Source: an uncultured Chloroflexia bacterium
Lineage (GTDB): Bacteria > Chloroflexota > Limnocylindria > Limnocylindrales > CSP1-4
Assembly: GCA_963813335.1 (NCBI GenBank)
Contig: CAWEYL010000001.1
Location: 280,797 to 344,796, forward strand
Length of the DNA: 64,000 nucleotides
Direction of reading: 5' to 3'
Positions within the stretch are counted from its first letter, which is position 1. The number at the start of each line of letters is the position of its first letter. The position numbers were made by a program, and so were the translations under genes. The notes under the pieces are model-generated. The model was not told the DNA's origin, did not search any database, and saw only the letters and a program-made list of their open reading frames with translations. Shown here one piece after another: positions 1 through 11,028 of this stretch.

Positions 1-22
1 GCGGCTGGATCACCTCCTTTCT
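1..22 (+). rRNA. rrs: 16S rRNA, 3'-terminal fragment (gene starts upstream of window)
   Basis: GCGGCTGGATCACCTCCTTTCT is the conserved 16S 3' end with the anti-Shine-Dalgarno CCTCC. It is followed by an ITS with tRNAs and then 23S. Confidence 0.9.
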
Positions 23-280
23 AGGGAGATCCGAGTCTCGACCTTTTGGTGGGGTCGAGGCGTTGATGGCTCCTAGGGTTGATCGCCCGGTCGCTCGAGT
101 CTTCCCCGCCAGGTGGAGCTCGCTGACCCGGACCGCAAGGTCCATGTCAGAGACCGATCGCGACCTGGAAAGACACCGAAACCCATTCGGACATCCGCGT
201 CCGGAGTTCCTGTCACTCTTCAAGGGTCAAGGTGCAGCTGCCCGCGGCGACCTCGGTCGCCAGGCATCGCTGCCCGCGGC

Positions 281-357
281 GGGCGTTTAGCTCAGCTGGT
301 TAGAGCACTGCCCTGATAAGGCAGAGGTCTCTGGTTCGAGTCCAGAAACGCCCACCA
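281..357 (+). tRNA. tRNA-Ile (anticodon GAT) in the 16S-23S spacer
   Basis: Acceptor GGGCGTT/AACGCCC, anticodon loop CTGATAA, T-arm GGTTCGAGTCC, encoded CCA. Confidence 0.95.
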
Positions 358-376
358 CCACCCACCCCACCGGCGC

Positions 377-452
377 GGGGACGTAGCTCAGTCGGCAGAG
401 CATCTCCTTTGCAAGGAGAGGGTCAGGAGTTCGAGTCTCCTCGTCTCCACCA
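377..452 (+). tRNA. tRNA-Ala (anticodon TGC) in the 16S-23S spacer
   Basis: Acceptor GGGGACG/CGTCTCC with a G3:U70 pair, anticodon loop TTTGCAA, T-arm AGTTCGAGTCT, encoded CCA. Confidence 0.95.
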
Positions 453-684
453 GCTCTGACGTCGTGCCGGTGTCGCAAACACGAATAACGAATGATCCCA
501 GCGGTCTCGCTTAGGCGGGCCCGACGCGGATCCAGCACCATCATCGATCCCCTGATCCGTGCCCTGTCGTCTTCGGCAGGCCACCGACCAGCGGAACGCT
601 GGACGAGGGAACGGCTTCGGCCGGCCCTTCGGGAGGTCCGTCTTCGGGCGGGCCGCACCTTAACAACTGGAATGTGTTTCGGCA

Positions 685-739
685 GATTGAAGATCTTCGA
701 TTTCGCCGAGTAGTCAAGGAAATGATCCCGATCGATCCC
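685..739 (+). other. 5' strand of the 23S rRNA processing stem
   Basis: GATTGAAGATCTTCGATTTCGCCGAGTAGTCAAGGAAATGATCCCGATCGATCCC is largely complementary to 3873-3922 downstream of 23S. Confidence 0.6.
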
Positions 740-774
740 GTCCGCGACTGACCACCTGGTCAGAGGCTGGAGGG

Positions 775-3845
<3,071 letters not shown>

Positions 3846-3872
3846 TCAGCAACTGACCAGGGGTCAGTGGCT

Positions 3873-3922
3873 GGGATGATCGTGATCATCCATCCTTGAC
3901 GACTCTGAGATCGAAGATCTCC
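3873..3922 (+). other. 3' strand of the 23S rRNA processing stem
   Basis: GGGATGATCGTGATCATCCATCCTTGACGACTCTGAGATCGAAGATCTCC pairs with 685-739. Confidence 0.6.
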
Positions 3923-3995
3923 TTGGCGCCCCGCGTGCGTCCCTCGTGGACCTCGCGTCGAGCCGCTGCCGAACACGAACCAGTACGCAGAAGAT

Positions 3996-4112
<117 letters not shown>

Positions 4113-4175
4113 TTTTTGCGTTTCCGGGGGTCACCACGACGGTCCCGATCGACGGGACCCGCTGGGCCCCTCGGC

Positions 4176-4181
4176 TATCCT
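4176..4181 (+). promoter_or_regulatory. Candidate -10 (TATCCT) 9 nt upstream of the LysM gene ATG; possible leaderless transcript
   Basis: ggcTATCCTtcctgaaccATG. No Shine-Dalgarno is present. The same hexamer serves as the rpoB -10 candidate. Confidence 0.25.
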
Positions 4182-4190
4182 TCCTGAACC

Positions 4191-5021
4191 ATGACCGCCG
4201 ATCCGCACGTCCCGGATGCGCCTGACGCTGCCGCCGATCCGCCGACCGTGTCCGCCGATCCGGCCACGGCGCCAGCGGCAGCCGTCGCGCGCGCGATCGA
4301 TCCGGTCAAGACCATCTGCCCGTACCTGCTGTCCGCGGACGGGGCCTGGCGGAGCTCGACCGCGGCCCGCGAGCACCGCTGCACCGCAGTCTCGCCGCCA
4401 GCTCCGCTCGCCGCCGAGAAGCAGCGCCGGCTCTGCCTGACCGTCTCCCATGGCGCGTGCGCCACCTACGTCGCGGCGATGGAGGCGCGCACGGACGGAC
4501 ATCGCGAGACGCCGACCCGACGCCCGGTCTCCCGCACGACCCCGGTCGTCCTCGACCACAGCCGCCTGGCCGTCGCCATCCCGGCCATGAGCCGCTCCCC
4601 GTCGGTCGGGCAGGCTGCGCTCGTCGCCCTGCTCGCGGTCGCCTTCGTCGCCGTCCTGGTGGCTCGCCTCGCGTCCGGCGGCGGTTCATCGCCCGGCGGG
4701 CTCGTGTCGCAGGGGTCCCCGACGCCCGCCGCGCAGGCGACGGAAGGTGCCGCGGCGACCCACGCCGCGACCCCGAAGCCGAGCGCGCGCGCGACCCCCG
4801 TCCCGCAGGAGACCGTCGAGCCGAGCCCGACCCTGGTGCCGACCGAGGTCAGCCCGAGCCCGTCCGCCAGCGACCGACCGGCCACCTATATCGTGAAGCG
4901 CGGCGACACCCTGAGCGGGATCGCCGCCACCTTTGGGACGACGGTGAAGAAGCTGGTCGCCCTGAACAAGATCGCCGACCCCTCGAAGCTGCACGTCGGC
5001 CAGGTCCTGAAACTGCGCTGA
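4191..5021 (+). CDS. LysM domain membrane protein with an N-terminal Cys/His-rich segment
   Basis: C-terminal LysM ([43 protein letters not shown]). One hydrophobic helix ([20 protein letters not shown]). A Pro/Ala/Thr linker. High GC3 in this frame. Confidence 0.8.
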   Translation: MTADPHVPDAPDAAADPPTVSADPATAPAAAVARAIDPVKTICPYLLSADGAWRSSTAAREHRCTAVSPPAPLAAEKQRRLCLTVSHGACATYVAAMEARTDGHRETPTRRPVSRTTPVVLDHSRLAVAIPAMSRSPSVGQAALVALLAVAFVAVLVARLASGGGSSPGGLVSQGSPTPAAQATEGAAATHAATPKPSARATPVPQETVEPSPTLVPTEVSPSPSASDRPATYIVKRGDTLSGIAATFGTTVKKLVALNKIADPSKLHVGQVLKLR

Positions 5022-5043
5022 CCGGCGTCCCGCGCGTCAGCGC
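5015..5043. terminator. Inverted repeat between convergent genes; both stop codons lie in the arms
   Basis: GCGCTGAC (5015-5022) and GTCAGCGC (5036-5043), with a 13-nt loop and no T-tract. Confidence 0.25.
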
Positions 5044-5913
5044 TGGCAGCCCCGGCAATACGACGTGATGAACCCGCCCGCGCGGACCTCGGTGATCTTC
5101 GTCCCACACCTGGGGCACGCCTGGCCGCCCTTGTCATGGACGGCCAGGAAGTCGCGGACCTGCTTCTCGAACGTCGGCGGGACCCGCGCCCGCAGGACCT
5201 CGATCGCCGCGGCCAGGGTCGTCCGCGTCGCGTCGTAGAGCGCGTCCACCTCCTCGGCGGCCAGGCTGGACCGCTTGCGGAAGGGCAGGAGCGCGGCCGC
5301 GTGGAGGATCTCGTCGCTGTAGGCGTTGCCGATGCCGGCCACGAACGCCTGGTTCCGGAGCAGGTTCTTCAGCTCGCCGGGGTGACGCCTGATCCGCTCG
5401 CGCCAGACCTCGATGGTGAGGGCCGGGTCGTCCGCGTCGGGACCCTGTTCCTCGCCCCCCAGCCCGGCCACCGGCCGGTCGACGCCGGCCGGCTGGAGGT
5501 AGACCTTGCCCATCTGGGTCGGGTCTCGATAGCGGACCTCGGGGGTCGCGTCGTCACGGCGGCAGCCAGGCCGCCCCCGACGTCCAGGCGGCCGCGTCGC
5601 GTGGACCTCGGACGCGGCCGTCGAACCCGAGCACGACGGCGGTCTTGCCCGGCTGCTTCTCCTTCGGATCGGCGAGCTGGAAGCGACCGGTGAGCATCGG
5701 GTTGACGACGATGCGGTCGCGGTCGAGGTCGACCAGCAGGAACTTGCCCCGCCGACGGACCGAGGTCACGCGCTGCCCGACGAGGGCCGCCAGCTCGGCG
5801 GGCGTGCCGCGGACCGCGAGCGGGGCGACCGCGGTCGCCGAGCGGATCGTCCGGCCGGCGAGGCCCGCATGGAACGCCTCGGCGACGACCGTCAGGTCCG
5901 GCAATTCGGGCAC
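5037..5913 (-). pseudogene. fpg: Formamidopyrimidine-DNA glycosylase (Fpg/Nei family), reading frame broken once
   Basis: N-terminal piece (5554-5913) starts GTG then PELPDL (catalytic Pro after the initiator). C-terminal piece (5037-~5556) has GIGNAYSDEILH and a CPRCG...CRGC zinc finger. The span is 877 nt (1 mod 3). Confidence 0.85.
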
Positions 5914-5933
5914 AGTCGGCCGATCGTAGCCGA

Positions 5934-5963
5934 TTGTTGGGCTCGGAAGGCGTGTGCTAGACT
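5934..5963 (+). promoter_or_regulatory. Candidate rpsA promoter (TTGTTG, 18-nt spacer, TGcTAGACT extended -10)
   Basis: attgTTGTTGggctcggaaggcgtgTGcTAGACTc in the divergent fpg/rpsA intergenic region. Confidence 0.35.
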
Positions 5964-6120
5964 CTCCCGGCCCTCGGGGCCACCAACAGCTGAAGAGCGA
6001 CGAGCCAGCCCTATCGCGCACGAAGGAGCGGACCGCGGAGTCGATCACCACGGACCACTTGATCGGATCGGAGACGGCTTGAGCGTTGCTCGGGCCGTTC
6101 GTGATTCTGGGGCCAAATCC

Positions 6121-6476
6121 ATGACAGGAGCACCCATCAAGTTGACCGAAGACACATCGGGCGGGACCGCGCCGCAGCCGGAGGCGATTGACGCCACCGA
6201 CGAAGCGACGCCAGAGACCGCCGTCGCGGTGACCACCGCCGACGAGCCCGCCACCTCGCCGGACGCCCCCGAAGCGCCCGCCGACCCCGCTCCCGACGCC
6301 ATCGAGGCTGTCGCCGAGACCCCGGCCGCCGAGCCGGAGGCCGGCGGCTCGCCGAGCCGGAGGTCGTCGCCGAGCCGGAGGTCGTCGCTGCCGAGCCGGA
6401 GGTCGTCGCCGCCGAGCCGGAGGCCGTCGCCGAGCCGGCGCCCGAGCCCGTCGCCGAGACCCCGGAGCCGGACAGC
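6121..6476 (+). other. Probable acidic N-terminal extension of S1; coding signal switches frame near 6340-6351
   Basis: Frame 1 from ATG 6121 reads MTGAPIKLTEDTSGG...AEPEAGG. From 6351, frame 0 reads AEPEVVAEPEVVAAEPEVV...SVISADE, continuous with rpsA. Confidence 0.5.
6328..6452 (+). repeat. Tandem 18-24 nt coding repeat (GCCGAGCCGGAGGTCGTC units; AEPEVV)
   Basis: Unit starts at 6328, 6351, 6369, 6390, 6411 and 6429. The first interval is 23 nt and all the others are multiples of 3. Confidence 0.85.
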
Positions 6477-8360
6477 GTGATCAGCGCCGACGAAGCCGCC
6501 GATGCCCCGGCCGCGGCCGAGGAAGAGGAGCCGGTCGCCGCGGTCCGCGAGCTCGGGCCCGAGCCGACGACGATGGAGGAGCTCCTCGCCGAGCAGGACT
6601 CGGACATCAAGAGCTTCAAGCACGGCGACGTCGTCGAAGGCACCGTCGTCCGCATCGACAAGGACGAGATCCTCGTCGACATCGGTGCCAAGAGCGAAGG
6701 TGTCGTCAGCAACCGCGAGCTGTTCGGCCGCCATGGCGAGGGCCAGCCCGAGCTCAAGATCGGCGACACCGTGCTCGTGTACGTCCTCCAGCCGGAGTCG
6801 CCGGAGGGCCATGTCGTCCTCTCGCTCCGGCGCGCCGGCCTCGAGCGCAAGTGGCGCGCGATGCAGGAGCAGTTCGAGGCGGGCGTGATCATCGAGGCGC
6901 CGGTCATCGACCACAACAAGGGCGGCCTCATCGTCGACTGCGGGATCCGCGGGTTCGTGCCGATCAGCCAGATCGTCGACTTCCCGCGCCGACCGCAGAA
7001 CGACCAGCCGCGCGACGCCGCCCAGGAGATCGCGGAGAAGCTGCAGCCGTTCGTCGGCCGCAAGCTCCGGCTCAAGATCCTCGAGGTCAACCGCAAGGCC
7101 AACCGGCTCATCCTGTCCGAGAAGGTCGCCCTCTACGAGGAGCGCCGCGAGAAGCGGGACGAGCTGTTCAGCAGCCTGCAGGTCGGGCAGACCGTCAAGG
7201 GCACCGTGCGCTCGATCGCGCCGTTCGGCGTGTTCATCGACCTCGGTGGCATCGACGGCCTGGTCCACAAGAGCGAGCTCAGCTGGAACAAGGTCAACAA
7301 CCCCGAGTCCGGCTACAAGGTCGGCGAGGAGGTCGAGGCCGAGGTCATCGACATCAACCACGAGCGCGGCCGGATCAGCCTGTCGATCCGCCGCCTGCAG
7401 CCCGACCCGTGGCATTCGACGGTCGCGGACTTCAACGTCGGCGACATCATCGACGGCACGGTCACGAAGCTCGTGAACTTCGGAGCGTTCGTCCGGGTCC
7501 GCGACGGGCTCGAGGGCCTGATCCACATCAGCGAGCTCTCGCACCAGCGGGTCGCCCATCCGGCCGATGTCGTCCACGAGGGCCAGCAGCTCAAGCTCAA
7601 GATCATCTCGCTCGACTCCGAGCGCCATCGCCTCGGCCTCAGCCTGAAGCAGGCGGAGGAGCCGCCGGCCCGCCCGGCGCCCGAGCCGGTCGCGTCCGGG
7701 ACCGGAGCGCCCGCCGCGCCGCGCGCGGAGCGTCGGCCCCGCCAGGAGCGCGGCTACTCCATGTCGGACGCGATCCAGGAGCCCGAGGGCGGGATCGACA
7801 ACACCCTGGCCTCGGCCTTCGCCCAGGTCCGCCAGCAGCTCGCGGAAGCCGAGATCGGCGAGACGGCCGACGCCGTGGATGCCGTCGAGGCTGCCGAGGA
7901 GACCGAAGCCGCCGCCGCCGTCGACGAGGTCGTCGAGACGGTGGCCGCCGACGAAGTCGCCGAGGAAGCGGCCGCCACCGAGGCGATCGAGGAGATCGTC
8001 GAGGCCGTGGTCGCCGACGAGACCGAGCTCGAAGCCGCCGCCGCGGTCGAGATCGACAAGCTCAGCGACGCGGCCGACGCGAACGAGGCCAACGTCGAGC
8101 CCGCGTCGGAGGCCGCGACCGCGGTGATCGACGAGGTCGTCGAGACCGAGGCCGCCGAGGAAGCCGCCGCGGCCGACGCGATCGAGGAGATCGTCGAGGC
8201 CGTCGCTGCCGACGAAGCGGCCGAGGAGGCCGGCGCGTCGGACGCCATCGAGGAGATCGTCGAGACGGTCGCGGCCGACGAGGCTGCCGTCGAAGACGCC
8301 GCCGCCGAGCAGGTCGAGGAGATCGCCCGGGAGACGATGGAGGCGAACACCAAGGGCTGA
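6477..8360 (+). CDS. rpsA: 30S ribosomal protein S1 with a long acidic C-terminal tail (true start probably upstream)
   Basis: Four S1 domains (FKHGDVVEGTVVRIDKDEILVDIG, GVIIEAPVIDHNKGGLIVD, GQTVKGTVRSIAPFGVFIDLG, GDIIDGTVTKLVNFGAFVRV). GTG 6477 is the first start codon in this frame. Confidence 0.9.
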   Translation: MISADEAADAPAAAEEEEPVAAVRELGPEPTTMEELLAEQDSDIKSFKHGDVVEGTVVRIDKDEILVDIGAKSEGVVSNRELFGRHGEGQPELKIGDTVLVYVLQPESPEGHVVLSLRRAGLERKWRAMQEQFEAGVIIEAPVIDHNKGGLIVDCGIRGFVPISQIVDFPRRPQNDQPRDAAQEIAEKLQPFVGRKLRLKILEVNRKANRLILSEKVALYEERREKRDELFSSLQVGQTVKGTVRSIAPFGVFIDLGGIDGLVHKSELSWNKVNNPESGYKVGEEVEAEVIDINHERGRISLSIRRLQPDPWHSTVADFNVGDIIDGTVTKLVNFGAFVRVRDGLEGLIHISELSHQRVAHPADVVHEGQQLKLKIISLDSERHRLGLSLKQAEEPPARPAPEPVASGTGAPAAPRAERRPRQERGYSMSDAIQEPEGGIDNTLASAFAQVRQQLAEAEIGETADAVDAVEAAEETEAAAAVDEVVETVAADEVAEEAAATEAIEEIVEAVVADETELEAAAAVEIDKLSDAADANEANVEPASEAATAVIDEVVETEAAEEAAAADAIEEIVEAVAADEAAEEAGASDAIEEIVETVAADEAAVEDAAAEQVEEIARETMEANTKG

Positions 8361-8454
8361 CCTCCGTCGCCCATCCACCAACGACCCGCCGGTCCCCGGC
8401 GGGTCGTCGTGATTCCGGGGACAGGGTCCGCGGCAGACCCCGCGCAGGGGAGGG

Positions 8455-8463
8455 TGCTAGCAT
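8455..8463 (+). promoter_or_regulatory. Candidate clpC extended -10 (TGcTAGCAT)
   Basis: gagggTGcTAGCATgcccg, 54 nt upstream of the clpC ATG. Confidence 0.35.
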
Positions 8464-8470
8464 GCCCGAA

Positions 8471-8490
8471 AGCGTCACGCCCGTGACGCT
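8471..8490. promoter_or_regulatory. Perfect 9-2-9 palindrome in the clpC leader (operator or 5'-UTR hairpin)
   Basis: AGCGTCACG-CC-CGTGACGCT. It starts 8 nt downstream of the -10 candidate and ends 27 nt before the ATG. Confidence 0.4.
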
Positions 8491-8516
8491 CGGCAAGGGA
8501 ACAGACGTTCGACCCG

Positions 8517-10994
8517 ATGGATCGCTTCGACAAGTTCACCGACCGCGCCCGCAAGGTCCTGACGCTCGCGCAGGACGAGGCGCAGCGGTTCAACCACAAC
8601 TACATCGGCACGGAGCACCTGCTGCTCGGCCTCGTGCGCGAGGGCGAGGGCGTGGCCGCGCGCGTGCTCGAGAACATGAACGTCGAGCTCGCGAAGGTCC
8701 GGACCGCCGTCGAGTTCATCATCGGGCGCGGCGACCGCCCCGTCGTCGGCGAGGTGGGACTCACGCCGCGGGCGAAGCGGGTCATCGAGCTGGCCATCGA
8801 CGAGGCGCGCCGGCTCGGGCACAACTACATCGGCACGGAGCACCTGCTCCTGGGCCTCGTCCGCGAGGGCGAGGGGATCGCCGCCGGTGTCCTGGAGTCG
8901 CTCGGCGTGAACCTCGACAAGGTCCGCCACGAGGTCATCCGGGTCCTGTCGCAGAGCTCCTCCGCCGGGCCGTCCGCCCAGGAGACGAAGCGCGCGAGCA
9001 AGACGCCGACCGTCGACCAGCTCGGCATCAACCTCACGGAGGCGGCCCGCGCGGGCAAGCTCGACCCGGTCATCGGCCGCGAGAAGGAGATCGAGCGGGT
9101 CATCCAGATCCTGTCGCGGCGGACCAAGAACAACCCGGCGCTCATCGGTGAGCCCGGGGTCGGGAAGACCGCCATCGCCGAAGGCCTCGCCCACCGCATC
9201 ATCGCCGGCGACGTGCCCGAGACGCTCCTCAACAAGCGGGTCCTGACGCTGGACATCGGATCGCTGGTCGCCGGGACGAAGTACCGCGGCGAGTTCGAGG
9301 AGCGCCTGAAGAAGATCATCGAGGAGCTGCGCAACACCAACGACGCCGTGCTCTTCATCGACGAGCTGCACACCCTGGTCGGGGCGGGCGCGGCCGAGGG
9401 CGCGATCGATGCCGCCAACATCCTGAAGCCGCCGCTCGCCCGCGGCGAGCTCCAGTGCATCGGCGCGACGACGCTCGACGAGTACCGCAAGTACATCGAG
9501 CGCGACGCGGCGCTCGAGCGCCGCTTCCAGCCGGTCATGGTCGAGGAGCCGACCCTCGAGCAGACCGTCGACATCCTCATGGGCATCCGCGAGCGCTACG
9601 AGCAGCACCACAAGGTGACCATCAGCGACGAGGCCGTGAAGGCCGCGGCGGACCTGTCGACCCGCTACATCACCGACCGCCACCTGCCCGACAAGGCCAT
9701 CGACCTGATCGACGAGGCCGCGTCGCGCGTCCGCCTGCGCCACTCGAGCGCACCGCCCGCCCTGCGCGAGGCGCAGAAGGACCTCGAGCGGATCACCAAG
9801 GAGAAGGACGCGGCGATCAACAACCAGGAATACGAGGAAGCCGCGACGCTGCGCGAGGCCGAGGCCACGGCGCGCGAGACCGCGGACGCGCTGCGGACCG
9901 AATGGCAGTCCTCGATGTCCGGCGACCAGCCCGTCGTCGACGAGGAGGAGATCGCCCAGGTCGTGGCGATGTGGACCGGCATCCCCGTGACGCGCATCGC
10001 CCAGGAGGAGTCGGAGCGGCTGCTCCACATGGAGGACGCGCTGCACAACCGGGTCATCGGCCAGCAGGAGGCGATCGAGATCGTCTCGAAGGCGGTCCGC
10101 CGCGCACGCGCCGGCCTCAAGGATCCGAAGCGGCCGATCGGCTCGTTCATCTTCCTCGGACCGACCGGCGTCGGGAAGACGGAGCTCGCCAAGGCGCTCG
10201 CCGAGTTCATGTTCGGCAGCGAGGACGCCCTGATCAAGATCGACATGAGCGAGTTCATGGAGCGCCACAACGTCAGCCGGCTGGTCGGGGCGCCCCCCGG
10301 CTACGTGGGCTTCGACGAGGGCGGCCAGCTGACGGAGGCCGTCCGGCGCAAGAGCTACGCGGTCGTCCTGCTCGACGAGGTCGAGAAGGCGCACCCGGAG
10401 GTCTTCAACATCCTCCTCCAGATCCTGGAGGACGGGCACCTCTCCGACGCCAAGGGCCGCCGGGTCGACTTCCGCAACTGCATCATCATCATGACCTCGA
10501 ACCTCGGCGCGAAGCAGCTCCAGACGAACTCGAGCCTGGGCTTCCGCGTCACCGGCGACACCGACGCGTCGAAGGCCCAGATCTCGTACGACCTGATGAA
10601 GGACAAGGTCAACGCCGAGCTGAAGCAGGCGTTCCGGCCCGAGTTCCTCAACCGCATCGACGCCACGGTCGTCTTCCGCTCGCTGACGGTCGAGGAGATC
10701 ACGCTGATCGTCGACCTGATGCTCGCCCGCGTGCGCGACCAGCTGCGGGCGCAGCAGATGTCGCTCGAGGTCACCGAGGCGGCCAAGGAGCACATCATCA
10801 AGCTGGGCTACGACGTGGCCTACGGCGCGCGACCGCTGCGCCGGGTGATCCAGAACATGGTCGAGGACGTCCTCGCCGAGCACCTCCTGCTCGGCCGCTA
10901 CGAGCCGGGCACGACGATCGTCGTCGACCGGGACCCGGAAGCCGGCCTGGACATCCACGCTGCGGAGCCGCGCACGCCGGTCGAGGCGCTCTGA
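8517..10994 (+). CDS. clpC: ATP-dependent Clp protease ATP-binding subunit ClpC
   Basis: Duplicated Clp_N repeat ([20 protein letters not shown] twice). Two AAA+ modules ([26 protein letters not shown]). A UVR-like linker. Confidence 0.95.
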   Translation: MDRFDKFTDRARKVLTLAQDEAQRFNHNYIGTEHLLLGLVREGEGVAARVLENMNVELAKVRTAVEFIIGRGDRPVVGEVGLTPRAKRVIELAIDEARRLGHNYIGTEHLLLGLVREGEGIAAGVLESLGVNLDKVRHEVIRVLSQSSSAGPSAQETKRASKTPTVDQLGINLTEAARAGKLDPVIGREKEIERVIQILSRRTKNNPALIGEPGVGKTAIAEGLAHRIIAGDVPETLLNKRVLTLDIGSLVAGTKYRGEFEERLKKIIEELRNTNDAVLFIDELHTLVGAGAAEGAIDAANILKPPLARGELQCIGATTLDEYRKYIERDAALERRFQPVMVEEPTLEQTVDILMGIRERYEQHHKVTISDEAVKAAADLSTRYITDRHLPDKAIDLIDEAASRVRLRHSSAPPALREAQKDLERITKEKDAAINNQEYEEAATLREAEATARETADALRTEWQSSMSGDQPVVDEEEIAQVVAMWTGIPVTRIAQEESERLLHMEDALHNRVIGQQEAIEIVSKAVRRARAGLKDPKRPIGSFIFLGPTGVGKTELAKALAEFMFGSEDALIKIDMSEFMERHNVSRLVGAPPGYVGFDEGGQLTEAVRRKSYAVVLLDEVEKAHPEVFNILLQILEDGHLSDAKGRRVDFRNCIIIMTSNLGAKQLQTNSSLGFRVTGDTDASKAQISYDLMKDKVNAELKQAFRPEFLNRIDATVVFRSLTVEEITLIVDLMLARVRDQLRAQQMSLEVTEAAKEHIIKLGYDVAYGARPLRRVIQNMVEDVLAEHLLLGRYEPGTTIVVDRDPEAGLDIHAAEPRTPVEAL

Positions 10995-11028
10995 GGGTGG
11001 GCGCCCGGCGCGCCCGAGGTCGCTGACG

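Noticed and set aside
6328-6452. Tandem repeats here, at 16306-16395 and at 17821-18005, considered as possible CRISPR arrays or VNTRs.
   Set aside because: The units are 15-24 nt, contiguous without spacers, and in frame inside rpsA and rlmB, where they encode peptide repeats. There are no cas genes. They are not CRISPR.
5869-6480. A 203-aa ORF, or its 119-aa ATG-6121 version, treated as an independent acidic/Ser-Arg-rich protein ending in a GTGA overlap with rpsA.
   Set aside because: The upstream part is antisense to fpg. The SR-rich half has a GC-poor first codon position and a GC-rich second position, which is atypical for coding DNA, while the rpsA frame gives a sensible AEPEVV repeat. 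I kept it only as the less likely alternative in the rpsA finding.
6851-9151. Same-strand off-frame ORFs rich in Arg/Gly/Pro/Asp (6851-9151, 766 aa; 27573-30926, 1117 aa; 59523-61904, 793 aa; 15661 onward upstream of 16231).
   Set aside because: They overlap real genes in another frame. Only the 3' part of 15661-18105 (rlmB) and a short piece of 59523-61904 (the acpS N-terminus) are coding. The rest is frame-shifted read-through of GC-rich coding DNA.
6045-10958. Long minus-strand ORFs 6045-8381 (778 aa) and 8475-10958 (827 aa). Similar ORFs occur at 16390-18513, 33050-35098, 44788-47391, 49827-52145 and 59467-61284.
   Set aside because: Each is antisense to a well-supported gene (rpsA, clpC, rlmB, fusA, rplO/secY, rpsD/rpoA, glmS). 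They have no recognisable domains, a biased Arg/Gly/Asp/Leu/Val composition, and a GC pattern by codon position that fits the opposite strand.
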